Positions 49,286 to 59,087 of a stretch of DNA of 64,000 nucleotides are shown here, one piece after another. Source of the stretch: Clostridia bacterium. Lineage in GTDB: Bacteria > Bacillota > Clostridia > JAAYHZ01. The notes beneath the pieces are model-generated. The model saw nothing but the letters and a program-made list of their open reading frames with translations, had not been told where the DNA came from and ran no database searches. A program made the translations under genes and the position numbers. How positions within the stretch are numbered: the stretch's first letter is position 1; the number at the start of each line of letters is the position of its first letter. Location: NCBI GenBank assembly GCA_050950825.1, contig JBMNIH010000007.1, positions 96,001 to 160,000 of the forward strand, in the 5' to 3' direction.

Positions 49286-50944
49286 CTATTCAATCGTAAA
49301 AGGGATATCCATTTCTTCGGATATCTTTTTTAGTTTCTTGAATTTTTCCGTATCGACGACATTTTTATCTTTGTCATAGAGAAACTTAAGCTTTACGTTT
49401 TTGCCCAATCGGCTGCATAAAACCTTTTTAATGGTATTAATGTATTCTTCGCGTGCCAGCTGCATTTGGATATAGCTGTTTTCTTGGATATTGCAAATAT
49501 GGACGCAATCGTCCTTTGCATAGGCCTTTGTATTTTGCAGGCAGAAGTATAAAGGCTTGGTCTCTTCGAAAATGTCGTTTAAGCAAGCCTCCCATACGGT
49601 CAGGTCCTTTGCGTTTTTTAAATCGTCGGCTTGCGATTCTTCTTCGATTTCCCCGTTTTTTGCCGCAAAAAGAGCTCGGACAACATGGTCTTCTTCCGTT
49701 TTGTCTTCCGTAGGAGCTTGTACTTCGATGACTTTTTGTGTAGGAGCGCTCGCTTCGGGAAGAGGCTTTTGGAACGTATTGAGCACGCTTAAATGATCGA
49801 CTTTAACCTCCAGATTTTTAAGCCTGTTTTCCAAGGTTTCGTCGGAAAGGGTAACGGGCCGGCCAAAGCAGATGCCGGTTAACCCGGCTTCAAGCATTAC
49901 TTTCGGCAGGGATACCCATTTGATTTGATTTTCCAATTTGGATAGCTCGGAGATAATAAAAATCGTACGATCCGGAGTCAATTCCTTGCTCAATTCTTGT
50001 AAAGAAGCAATCGTCTCTTTTGTAAGCTCTAAGGTATTTTCCGGATTGCTCGTCATCATGATGACCAAAATATTTCGGAAAAAGACTATCAAATCCTCTA
50101 AAAGAACGGATACCTTCTTTCCGTCGGAGACGATTTTATCGATAAGCTCGAACAAGGGACCGATTTCATAGCGGATGATATGGCGGCATAAAAGGAGCAT
50201 ATCGCTTTCATTTACCGTACCCAACATCTCGATCACATCGTCCCCGTCGATTTTATCCATACCCGAAGACATGCATTGGTCCAAAAGGCTCAACGCGTCT
50301 CGAAGAGCACCGTCGGCTTTCCTTGCGATAATACGAAGAGCTTCCTCCGTAATATTACCCTTTTTCGATTGAACCACGGATTGAAGGCGCTGCATAATAC
50401 CTGCCAATGATATTTGCCTGAAATCAAAACGCTGGCACCTGGAAAGAATGGTAGCGGGAAGCTTATGAGGCTCCGTTGTCGCTAATATGAATATGACATG
50501 AGCCGGCGGTTCCTCCAATGTCTTTAAAAGAGCGTTGAAAGCGCCGGTGGATAGCATATGGACTTCGTCGATGATATATACTTTGTATTTGGCTGAAACC
50601 GGTAGATATCGAACCTCTTCACGAAGCTCTCGAATGTTGTTGACGCTGTTGTTGGATGCGGCGTCGATTTCCAAAACATCGCTGACGGCTCCGCTTAGAA
50701 TCTCCGTGCAGGATTTGCATTTATTGCAGGGATTTCCGTCTTGAGGATTTAAACAATTGACCGCTCTAGCCAAAATTAAGGCGCAGCTGGTTTTACCGGT
50801 GCCTCTGGTGCCGCAAAACAAATAGGCATGGGCAATTTGACCGGTCGAAACCGCATTTTTTAATGTTCGAACAACGTGTTTTTGTTCCACGATGTCGTCA
50901 AATGTCAAAGGCCGCCATTCTCTGTATAAAGCTTTATACGTCAT
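49286..50944 (-). CDS. dnaX: DNA polymerase III gamma/tau
   Basis: ALYR.WRP, GTRGTGKT, EIDAAS, DEVHML and SRC. Confidence 0.97.
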   Translation of the reverse strand: MTYKALYREWRPLTFDDIVEQKHVVRTLKNAVSTGQIAHAYLFCGTRGTGKTSCALILARAVNCLNPQDGNPCNKCKSCTEILSGAVSDVLEIDAASNNSVNNIRELREEVRYLPVSAKYKVYIIDEVHMLSTGAFNALLKTLEEPPAHVIFILATTEPHKLPATILSRCQRFDFRQISLAGIMQRLQSVVQSKKGNITEEALRIIARKADGALRDALSLLDQCMSSGMDKIDGDDVIEMLGTVNESDMLLLCRHIIRYEIGPLFELIDKIVSDGKKVSVLLEDLIVFFRNILVIMMTSNPENTLELTKETIASLQELSKELTPDRTIFIISELSKLENQIKWVSLPKVMLEAGLTGICFGRPVTLSDETLENRLKNLEVKVDHLSVLNTFQKPLPEASAPTQKVIEVQAPTEDKTEEDHVVRALFAAKNGEIEEESQADDLKNAKDLTVWEACLNDIFEETKPLYFCLQNTKAYAKDDCVHICNIQENSYIQMQLAREEYINTIKKVLCSRLGKNVKLKFLYDKDKNVVDTEKFKKLKKISEEMDIPFTIE

Positions 50945-50973
50945 TGTTTATCACATCCGCCGGATAATAAAAA

Positions 50974-51246
50974 GATCGTGCACCAGCCTCCGATCCGTAG
51001 AATGTACGCATGTAATGCTCCGAACTCAAACCGGGTTGCCTTACGGCACATATCGGACATTGCTTACCGCTGCTTCCTTCCGGACCTGACGGGGTTCACA
51101 AGCCTCTATTGCGCAAGGGCCGGTTCTCAACGTCCGGCTGCATACAGCAAGACCACACTCTCCCAAAAACCTCGGGCATGGAATTCAACCCTGCTATAGC
51201 GGATTGCAGGTTACAGGACACCGCTAACTTCCCGTCTAGCACGATC
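50974..51246 (-). ncRNA. ffs: Signal recognition particle RNA, large (Alu-containing) type
   Basis: Minus strand contains TCAGGTCCGGAAGGAAGCAGC and a 5' Alu-like GTGCTAGACGGG..; ends pair; lies upstream of dnaX. Confidence 0.93.
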
Positions 51247-51331
51247 ATGTACATTATACAGGAAGACGGATGACTTTGCAACAGAAATACGGGAAAAGGG
51301 AATGTCAATAACAGGAAAAAGAAAAAAGAGC

Positions 51332-51469
51332 AAAAAAATTTGCACTCTTTGGATATAAACGAATGAATGATTCCTGATTGGTCGAGTGCAAATGTCAAAT
51401 CAATTATTCCATATAATTTACATTATAATAAGGAGGAATAAAAATGAAAATAGTATTATTGGTTGTGAC
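51332..51469 (-). ncRNA. Candidate sRNA copy A with anti-SD motif
   Basis: Own promoter (TTGCAT-16-TATAAT, TG-extended), TTTTCATTTTTATTCCTCCTT motif, and a TGCACTC..GAGTGCA hairpin followed by a T-tract. Confidence 0.55.
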
Positions 51470-51581
51470 AGTTATATTATAGCACGCTCTCTTTGAAATG
51501 CAAGTACTTTTTCATTAAATTTTTAACAATGTTGTTTCAATTTGTTTAAAAATATGTAAAATAAAATTCTGCAAAAAGAGT

Positions 51582-51717
51582 AAAAAAAATTGCACTCATT
51601 TTATAATCGAATGAATAATTCCTGATAGTTTGAGTGCATTGATTTAAGATCACTAACTCTACTAATAGTAATACTAAAAGGAGGAACAAAAATGAAAATA
51701 GTATTATTAATTGTGAC
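51582..51717 (-). ncRNA. Candidate sRNA copy B with anti-SD motif
   Basis: TTGCTT-16-TATAAT (TG-extended); same motif and terminator, offset ~250 bp from copy A. Confidence 0.55.
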
Positions 51718-51911
51718 AATACAATTATATCAAGTATCAACAAAAAAGCAATACTTTTACGGAAAATTAAGAAATTTTTCTCATGGAATTCATAGGAAAA
51801 CAAAAGCTTATTCCACGAATTTCCATGGATCTCCAATTGTGCAGAATGAATGTTTACAGACTTTGTAAAACCGGTATAATATAATTGACTAACAGAAAGG
51901 AAGAATCGGAC

Positions 51912-52784
51912 ATGAGTGTAAAAAAAGCAATTATCCCGGCTGCCGGGATGGGAACTCGATTTTTACCGGCAACAAAAGCTCAGCCTAAAGAAATGTTACC
52001 CATTGTAGATAAACCGACAATTCAATACATCATCCAAGAAGCGGTGGAGTCGGGTATAGAAGATATCATCATCATTACGGGTCGTGGAAAACGCGCCATA
52101 GAAGACCATTTTGACAAATCCTACGAGTTGGAAGACATGCTTCGTAAGAAAAACGATATGGAAAAATTAGAGCTCATCGAAGCCATATCCAATTTGGGGA
52201 ACATCCACTACATCCGCCAAAAGGAACCGAAGGGCTTAGGCCATGCCATTTATTGCGCCCGATCCTTTATAGGGAACGAGCCTTTTGCCGTCTTGTTAGG
52301 GGACGACATCGTACGGTCGGACTATCCTTGCTTAAAGCAGTTGATTGATGTGTACGACCGATACAAAACATCCATTGTAGGAGTACAGCACGTGGACCGC
52401 GAAAGCGTAAGCAAATACGGAATTGTTTCCTGTACTCCCATCGAAGAGCGGGTGTTCAAGGTAAACGATATGGTGGAAAAACCCTCCGTAAAATCGGCGC
52501 CTTCGGATATCGCCATATTAGGCCGATATATTCTTTCTCCGGAAATTTTTAAAGAATTGGAACACCTTCCTCCCGGAAAGAACGGCGAGATTCAACTGAC
52601 GGATGCCATGCTGTCATTGTTGAAAAAAGAAATTATTTACGCTTACGAGTTTGAAGGAAAGCGCTACGACGTAGGCGATAAATTGGGCTTTTTGAAGGCC
52701 ACCGTCGATTTTGCTTTGGAAATGGATGATATCAAGAAGGATTTTTTAGATTACTTAAAAGCCGTTGTGGAAAAAACACAATAA
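51912..52784 (+). CDS. galU: UTP-glucose-1-phosphate uridylyltransferase
   Basis: PAAGMGTRFLPATKAQPKEMLP and GEIQLTDA. Confidence 0.97.
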   Translation: MSVKKAIIPAAGMGTRFLPATKAQPKEMLPIVDKPTIQYIIQEAVESGIEDIIIITGRGKRAIEDHFDKSYELEDMLRKKNDMEKLELIEAISNLGNIHYIRQKEPKGLGHAIYCARSFIGNEPFAVLLGDDIVRSDYPCLKQLIDVYDRYKTSIVGVQHVDRESVSKYGIVSCTPIEERVFKVNDMVEKPSVKSAPSDIAILGRYILSPEIFKELEHLPPGKNGEIQLTDAMLSLLKKEIIYAYEFEGKRYDVGDKLGFLKATVDFALEMDDIKKDFLDYLKAVVEKTQ

Positions 52785-52819
52785 AGCCGTAAACCGGGTA
52801 AAAGCTTTGGAATTCATAA

Positions 52820-52845
52820 AACCCCCGCAAAACTTTGCGGGGGTT
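52820..52845. terminator. Terminator hairpin between convergent genes
   Basis: AACCCCCGCAAA..TTTGCGGGGGTT. Confidence 0.75.
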
Positions 52846-52880
52846 AACCTTTAAAATGCGCTTTCTTTTATGTTCCTCAA

Positions 52881-53564
52881 TTATTCCGACAAAATATATT
52901 CGGATAAATCCATAGGATCCAAAACTTTTCCGTCTTTGTAAACGCGCATGTTGCCGGATGAAATCTCGTCGATTAACAAGACGTTGCCCGAATCGTCTAC
53001 ACCGTATTCCAGTTTAATATCGTACAGCTCCAAGCCTTTCTTTTGCAGATAATCTTTGATAAGAGCCGTGATGTTCCGCGTCATGGATTTGATTTCCTCA
53101 AATTGAGCGGCGGTCATGATGCCTAAAGCCTCCAACCCTTCTACCGTCACCAAGGGATCTCCTCTATGATCGTCCTTTAAGGTAGCCTCCACGTAGGCGT
53201 CCAATTTTTCTCCTTCGTTAATGTAGGCGCCATAGCGACGGATGAAGCTTCCTACCGCCCTGTAGCGACAAATGACCTCCAAGCCTTTTCCGAAGGGCTT
53301 CGCCTTTTTTACATCCATAGTGCCGTTTTCTACGTCGGCACGGATATAATGGGTGACGATTCCCGCTTTCTTCAGCATTTCGAAAAATTTGACCGATACC
53401 GCCAGGTTCTTTTTGCCGATTCCTTCTATGGAAAGACCTACGGTGTTGGCTCCGGGGTCAAAAACGCCGTTTTCTCCCGTGACGTCGTCCTTGAATTTTA
53501 AACGGTAATTGCCGTCATCCAACGCGTAGACGTCTTTTGTTTTACCTTCGTATACTTTTTTCAT
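52881..53564 (-). CDS. purC: SAICAR synthase
   Basis: [20 protein letters not shown] and LIDEI. Confidence 0.92.
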   Translation of the reverse strand: MKKVYEGKTKDVYALDDGNYRLKFKDDVTGENGVFDPGANTVGLSIEGIGKKNLAVSVKFFEMLKKAGIVTHYIRADVENGTMDVKKAKPFGKGLEVICRYRAVGSFIRRYGAYINEGEKLDAYVEATLKDDHRGDPLVTVEGLEALGIMTAAQFEEIKSMTRNITALIKDYLQKKGLELYDIKLEYGVDDSGNVLLIDEISSGNMRVYKDGKVLDPMDLSEYILSE

Positions 53565-53604
53565 AATGTTTCCTCTATCCCTTCAACCTATAATTAATAT
53601 CCAT

Positions 53605-54480
53605 CTAAACCAATTCACGAATGAGTTGATCCGTATCACCGTATAGAAAATCAATGGGCGGAATTTGGATCATGGTGTAGCATCCCGGTTTTTGCTTGGT
53701 AACGGCGCGAGCCGACGAAACCAAGATTTGTCCCGTTAAAGCCGGATTATTGATGCTCATGTTGAATTCTACTCGTTGATTGCCGGTAACGCCGGATACG
53801 CCCTTTCGGAATAAATGGACACCGTGTCCAACGTCCTTCAGCTTATCAACGCTTTCGACTTGCATTACATGGGTTTCATCGTGTACAAAATAATCGTCTT
53901 CACGGATGGCCTTGGAAACGGTATTAAAATCGGCTCCTTCCTCCAATTCCACATATACCATTCGTCTGTGAACACCGGATCCGGTAGGGATGGTCATGGA
54001 AAGTGCATCCTTGATGCCCGGAATGGCTTTTACGGCGACGGTATGGCCCATGCTCATACCGGGTCCGAAGTTGGTATACGTAATTCCTTTCGGAAGCATG
54101 GCCGTCATCAGCGCTCTTACAACGGAGTCGCTTCCGGGATCCCATCCGGCTGCAATAATGGCGGCGCAGCGATGCTCCTTTGCGACGGCATCCAATTGCA
54201 AACGTACGTCGGCAATATTCGTATGGATGTCGTAGCTGTCGACCGTTGAAATCCCTTTTGCCAACAAAGATGCGGCAATACCGGGAACGGCACGGCTGGG
54301 AGAGCACAGAATCGCTACATCTACGTCCTTTAATTCCGATATATCTTTTAATAAAGGCACACCTATGGAGAGATTTTTTGATGTTACCACGTATTTTAAC
54401 CGTATGTCTTTGCTTTCCAACATCGCTTCATGGACCGCTTTTCCGATGTTTCCGTATCCTACGATTGCTGCGTTGATCAT
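53605..54480 (-). CDS. ddh: meso-diaminopimelate dehydrogenase
   Basis: GYGNIG, VDSYDIH, GWDPG, FGPGMSMGH and NPALT. Confidence 0.94.
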   Translation of the reverse strand: MINAAIVGYGNIGKAVHEAMLESKDIRLKYVVTSKNLSIGVPLLKDISELKDVDVAILCSPSRAVPGIAASLLAKGISTVDSYDIHTNIADVRLQLDAVAKEHRCAAIIAAGWDPGSDSVVRALMTAMLPKGITYTNFGPGMSMGHTVAVKAIPGIKDALSMTIPTGSGVHRRMVYVELEEGADFNTVSKAIREDDYFVHDETHVMQVESVDKLKDVGHGVHLFRKGVSGVTGNQRVEFNMSINNPALTGQILVSSARAVTKQKPGCYTMIQIPPIDFLYGDTDQLIRELV

Positions 54481-54733
54481 AGTTTTTCTTCCTTTTCCCA
54501 ATAGAGTTAGAAAAAATCATCGCTTTTTCTATGTCCATTAATATATATGAATCGGGATTTAATCGTCAAGGTGTTTCAAGTAATTTACAAGAATAAAAGG
54601 GCTAAAATCAAAGGAAAGGTATGAATAGGCCCCGTAAACCCGAAGAAACATCCCGGTTTCGACCTGTTGACGCATTATCAAAGTTATGGTATTATACCAA
54701 AAGTCCGGTGGAAAACCGTAAAAAATGAATCGT

Positions 54734-54810
54734 CGGAGTGTGGCGCAGCTTGGTAGCGCGCTTGCTTTGGGAGCAAGATGTCGGGGGTTCAAATCCCTTC
54801 ACTCCGACCA
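54734..54810 (+). tRNA. tRNA-Pro(TGG)
   Basis: CGGAGTG acceptor stem, TT-TGG-GA loop, GTTCAAA and CCA. Confidence 0.96.
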
Positions 54811-54814
54811 TTTA

Positions 54815-54846
54815 AAAAGGATTTCAGTATTTTCTGAAATCCTTTT
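54815..54846. terminator. Bidirectional terminator
   Basis: AAAAGGATTTCAG..CTGAAATCCTTTT. Confidence 0.8.
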
Positions 54847-54861
54847 GCATATTTTATGCCT

Positions 54862-55587
54862 TTATCGGCTCCATAGGTCCGATCTTTGGATGGCGCCGAA
54901 TATGTTGGACTTGATATCCGGATTGACCTTTGCCATTTGAGCGAGCATTTCTTTAATCTCTTGGCGCTTGCTCTTTCCTGCGTGAGGGCAGGGGTTTTTC
55001 AAAACGGGAATTTGGTTTTGCTTAACGTACCTCAAAATGTCCCCTTCGCGGCAGTAGAGGAAAGGCCGAATAAGATAGACATTTTTGCGTTCCATATGGG
55101 TTACAGGAGAAAAGGTGTGAAGCCTTCCCTCGTAAATCATACTCATCATAAACGTTTCGATGCAATCGTCCCAATTGTGGGCTAAGGCAAGCTTGTTGCA
55201 GCCGTGAGCCAACGCCGCGTTGTTCAATGCCCCTCTTCGCATGTTGGCGCATAAAGAGCAAGGGTTTTTCTCCTGCCTGATTTCAAACACCAGTTTGCCG
55301 ATATAGGTTTCTTCGATGATATAGGGAATACCCAGTCCTTCGATAAAGGTACGAAGGGGGGCAGGGTCAAAATCATTCAAGCCGGACATGATCGTTATGG
55401 CACATAACTCGAATTTGACGGGAAAGAACTTCTGAAGAAGACTCAGTGCATACAGGAGACCCATGCTGTCTTTTCCTCCCGATACACCAACGGCGATTCG
55501 ATCGTTTTCTTGAATCATGTCGTAATCATGAATGGCTTTTCTTGTCTGCCCCAAAATCCTTTTATTTAATAATTTTTCTGCATCCAT
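54862..55587 (-). CDS. ttcA: tRNA 2-thiocytidine biosynthesis TtcA family protein
   Basis: SGGKDS PP-loop, CSLC..RRG and IRP; start placed at MDAEKLL. Confidence 0.85.
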   Translation of the reverse strand: MDAEKLLNKRILGQTRKAIHDYDMIQENDRIAVGVSGGKDSMGLLYALSLLQKFFPVKFELCAITIMSGLNDFDPAPLRTFIEGLGIPYIIEETYIGKLVFEIRQEKNPCSLCANMRRGALNNAALAHGCNKLALAHNWDDCIETFMMSMIYEGRLHTFSPVTHMERKNVYLIRPFLYCREGDILRYVKQNQIPVLKNPCPHAGKSKRQEIKEMLAQMAKVNPDIKSNIFGAIQRSDLWSR

Positions 55588-55595
55588 ATACGGGT

Positions 55596-57527
55596 TTAGA
55601 TATATCCTTTCAAAGCATAGTCGAGTACGATAATGTCGTTGCGAGCGTGTAAGAAGATGTGTTCGCGATCCACAATCACTCTGCAGCTCGGTACTTCTTC
55701 GGCTAAGGTTGTTATCTTTCTTTTTTCGGAGAGGTTCCAAAGCTCCAGATTGTCGTTATTGACGACGACATAAAGTCCGGGCTTCTTGACGGGAACCGTT
55801 GCGGTGATTTTACCTTGTATGAATTCGGAGATATTTAAGGTTTCGAAGGTATCGTTCACATAATCCCAAACGTTGGTCGAATCCTTGTGGCTTACCAAGG
55901 CCTTGCCGTTTCCTAAAAGACCCAAAACCCGGGCATGGTACGTATCCTTCGCCGCTTGGGTTTTCTTTATCACCGTAAGCGTAACCGGATCGATAACGGA
56001 AAAATAGCTTTCGATCACTTCGGGGATATAGGAGCCGCAGTCGCCTTCCGGAGTGGATCCGCCTACCAAAACCTTCGCTTCGGGATCGTAAAACATCGAC
56101 CGTATCTGCTGTCCCGGTAAAACATCCTTTCTGTACTCGGATCGATTGGTTTTTGTATTGTATTTTACAAGCATGCAGCCGGGCATACCGTATTCGTTGT
56201 CGCAAGTATAGTAGAGGCTTTCGGAATCGGTTGCTCCCGCTACGGGACGCATGGCCGGCTTCGGCGGATGTACCACAACGTAAGGATTCTCCGGATAGAA
56301 CAAAGGAAGCTTCGGATCGTATTTTGCCAATTCGCCGGATGTATAGCTGGCCATATATACGATGCCGTCCATGTTCCAGGTTAAATTCACTTGGCCTGCT
56401 GCGGATACCATTCTGCCGCAGTCCGTACCTTCCCCGGTTTCCAAATCCACCTTCCAGAAGCGTTGGGTGATGAACGGCGTTCCCATGAGGGTTTTATCAT
56501 CGATTCGCATAATGCAGTCGGTATGGCCGCACTCGTCGGTATCCAACCGGCTGCAGACATCCATGCACTTTTCTCGAAGATTGATGCGATAAAAGTATCC
56601 GTAAAGGTTGACGGCAACGGCGGTAAAGTCCTTCGTAAAGGTGATTCCGTACGGATAGCAATTCTTGATCGTATATATTTTCGTAACCTTCCCCGAGGCC
56701 GTGTCCCATTTGACCAAGGTACTGTCGGAGGCTTGGCTCATGGCTCCGTAAATGACTCCCTCGGCGGGATCGTATAGATGCCATACGGCTTCTTCGTCCG
56801 GCTTGATGCCGTCCGTAAATTCGTTTTTCAAAGGATCGTACCATCCTTTTTCCGGGACGTAATACCGGTTGTCTACAAGAAGATAACTGTCTCCCACATT
56901 ATGGCCGTGATTCGGAGGAAAGCTTTGCATCAGAGTGATTTCGCAAGACACGGGATCCCAGCGGTAAAAGCCGACTCCCGGCGTGTTGATTAAAACGGTG
57001 TATGTACCGTCTCCGTTAGGAAAACTGTTGCCTAAGTATTTGTGAAACCACCGGTCTTTGTAGAACGTCACGACTTCTTTGGTTTTCGTGTCGAATACCA
57101 TTCCTTGCGTGCTAGGAGGCGTGGATACGGCGACGAAGACACGACCGGTTTTCGGATCATAGGGCATTCCGTTGAAAACCAATCCCCGGGCTCCTCCGGT
57201 GTTATAGCAGTGAAACTCTTCCGTATCCGGCTTGTAGCTGCAAACCTTGTCCATAAATCCGCACAGCCATAAGGTGTTGTCCTCCGTATAGACGGCGCTG
57301 TAAAAGCCGTTATAGGGAAGGCCGAACTTTTTAATCTTCGCATTTCCCCATTCGTCCACCAAAACGCCCGTACAGCCTGCATTTGCGTTATATGACGTGA
57401 TCCAGAACCTTTCGAGACCGGAAATAGGGTCCGTTCCTGCAGGGATAAGGCGTGTATTGATAAAAGGATCTCTGCTTTTCGGAACCTTGACCCGGTACAT
57501 TTTCCCTGAGTACTTCATAATGAGCAC
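55596..57527 (-). CDS. Hypothetical beta-propeller-like protein
   Basis: Long ORF with recurrent YDP/WDP/WD blade-like motifs; no family recognised. Confidence 0.6.
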   Translation of the reverse strand: MLIMKYSGKMYRVKVPKSRDPFINTRLIPAGTDPISGLERFWITSYNANAGCTGVLVDEWGNAKIKKFGLPYNGFYSAVYTEDNTLWLCGFMDKVCSYKPDTEEFHCYNTGGARGLVFNGMPYDPKTGRVFVAVSTPPSTQGMVFDTKTKEVVTFYKDRWFHKYLGNSFPNGDGTYTVLINTPGVGFYRWDPVSCEITLMQSFPPNHGHNVGDSYLLVDNRYYVPEKGWYDPLKNEFTDGIKPDEEAVWHLYDPAEGVIYGAMSQASDSTLVKWDTASGKVTKIYTIKNCYPYGITFTKDFTAVAVNLYGYFYRINLREKCMDVCSRLDTDECGHTDCIMRIDDKTLMGTPFITQRFWKVDLETGEGTDCGRMVSAAGQVNLTWNMDGIVYMASYTSGELAKYDPKLPLFYPENPYVVVHPPKPAMRPVAGATDSESLYYTCDNEYGMPGCMLVKYNTKTNRSEYRKDVLPGQQIRSMFYDPEAKVLVGGSTPEGDCGSYIPEVIESYFSVIDPVTLTVIKKTQAAKDTYHARVLGLLGNGKALVSHKDSTNVWDYVNDTFETLNISEFIQGKITATVPVKKPGLYVVVNNDNLELWNLSEKRKITTLAEEVPSCRVIVDREHIFLHARNDIIVLDYALKGYI

Positions 57528-57706
57528 CTCGATTCTACGATACTTTTAATTATCATATTTTTTCCTTTTTGTACTGTCAATACAATCCTTTGTTTAATCT
57601 GATAAATCTTATACGAATACTTGCCTTTCACCCGGGCTTTTGTGATATAATACAGAACTAATATTAAAAAAGTTGAATCGAAAAAAGAATATATACGATA
57701 GATTAG

Positions 57707-58999
57707 GTGGGAAATATGGAAAGGGTAAATATCGCTTTTTTGGGTTTCGGTACGGTCGGAACCGGTGCGTATAAGATCATTTGCAATAACGGAGATACCA
57801 TATTAAACAGCGACGGCATCCGTTTGAATGTGGTTAAGGTTTTGGTGGGCAATATTCATAAAAAAAGATCGATATGCTTGCCGGAGGGAGTGTTGACGGA
57901 CCGTTTTGAAGATATTATCGAAGACGACAGCATCCGCATTGTGGCGGAATTTATCGGGGGCGAATATCCTGCGAAAAATTACATCGAGCAATGCTTGCGC
58001 AAAGGTAAAACCGTAGTGACGGCAAACAAGGAGGTCATTGCAAAGCACGGCCTTTATTTAACCAAGCTTGCCAAAGAACATGGCTGCGGTTTGCTTTTTG
58101 AAGCGAGCTCCGTCGGTGCCGTTCCCGTCATACGGATTATACGGGAATCATTGCAGGCCAATAAGATCTCCAAAATTATGGGCATCATCAACGGAACCAC
58201 AAACTATATCCTGACCAAAATGGCCGAAGAAGACCTTTCTTTTGAAACCGCTCTGCAGCAAGCCCAAGATTTAGGGTATGCGGAACCGGACCCGACGGCG
58301 GACGTGGAGGGCTATGATGCTTTGTATAAATTGTCCATCTTGTCTTCCTTGGCTTTTCAGACCCAAGTACGAGTCGAAGATATTTATCGGGAAGGGATTA
58401 CGAAAATTAGCAAAGAAGATATCCAATACGCCAAAGAGTTAGGGTATGCAGTCAAGCTGGCGGCTATTGCCAAAAAGACGGAGGACGGAATTGAAGCTCG
58501 AGTTCATCCTACATTCATTCCGGAAAAGCATCCGTTAGCATCCGTTCGTGACAGCTTTAATGCCGTATTTATCAACGGCGACGCCATCGGAGAAATGATG
58601 TTTTACGGACAGGGAGCGGGGGATATGCCCACGGGAAGCGCCATTGTTTCGGACATTCTTCATGCCTGCCAAAATCCCTGCGGCGGAAACTTTTTGGATG
58701 TGGTAAAATCCAATTCCATCCGTGTAACCGACAACTGGAAAACGGCCTTTTTCATTCGGATGACCGTTATGGATAAACCGGCGGTGCTTCACGCCATATC
58801 GGGATGCTTTGCAAGGCACAATGTCAGCCTGTGGACGGTTGTGCAAAAGGGAAGCGGCGACGGACACAGCAAAAAAACCGTACCCTTGATTTTCATAACC
58901 CACGAAGCGGAAGAAAGAGAAATGAGAGCGGCGCTAGAGGATATTGCGAATGTAAAAGAAGTGACCGAAATCAATTGTTGTATTCGAGTGGAAAAGTAA
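57707..58999 (+). CDS. hom: Homoserine dehydrogenase with ACT domain
   Basis: GFGTVG, TANK, NGTTNYIL and GYAEPDPTADVEG. Confidence 0.96.
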   Translation: MGNMERVNIAFLGFGTVGTGAYKIICNNGDTILNSDGIRLNVVKVLVGNIHKKRSICLPEGVLTDRFEDIIEDDSIRIVAEFIGGEYPAKNYIEQCLRKGKTVVTANKEVIAKHGLYLTKLAKEHGCGLLFEASSVGAVPVIRIIRESLQANKISKIMGIINGTTNYILTKMAEEDLSFETALQQAQDLGYAEPDPTADVEGYDALYKLSILSSLAFQTQVRVEDIYREGITKISKEDIQYAKELGYAVKLAAIAKKTEDGIEARVHPTFIPEKHPLASVRDSFNAVFINGDAIGEMMFYGQGAGDMPTGSAIVSDILHACQNPCGGNFLDVVKSNSIRVTDNWKTAFFIRMTVMDKPAVLHAISGCFARHNVSLWTVVQKGSGDGHSKKTVPLIFITHEAEEREMRAALEDIANVKEVTEINCCIRVEK

Positions 59000-59039
59000 T
59001 GCCAAATGGAACGGAAGAAAGAATGATGTAAAAATAATA

Positions 59040-59075
59040 AAAGCCTTTTTGCGATGGCTAGCAAAAAGGCTTTAT
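59040..59075. terminator. Bidirectional terminator
   Basis: AAAGCCTTTTTGC..GCAAAAAGGCTTT. Confidence 0.8.
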
Positions 59076-59087
59076 CATCTTTTTTCG

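Noticed and set aside
51341-51638. GCACTC..GAGTGC as a CIRCE (HrcA) operator
   Set aside because: The spacer is ~35 nt rather than 9, the flanking TTA/TAA is absent, and a T-tract follows, which fits a terminator stem better.
55588-55740. N-terminal extension of TtcA
   Set aside because: It overlaps the upstream gene and shows no TtcA-like sequence.
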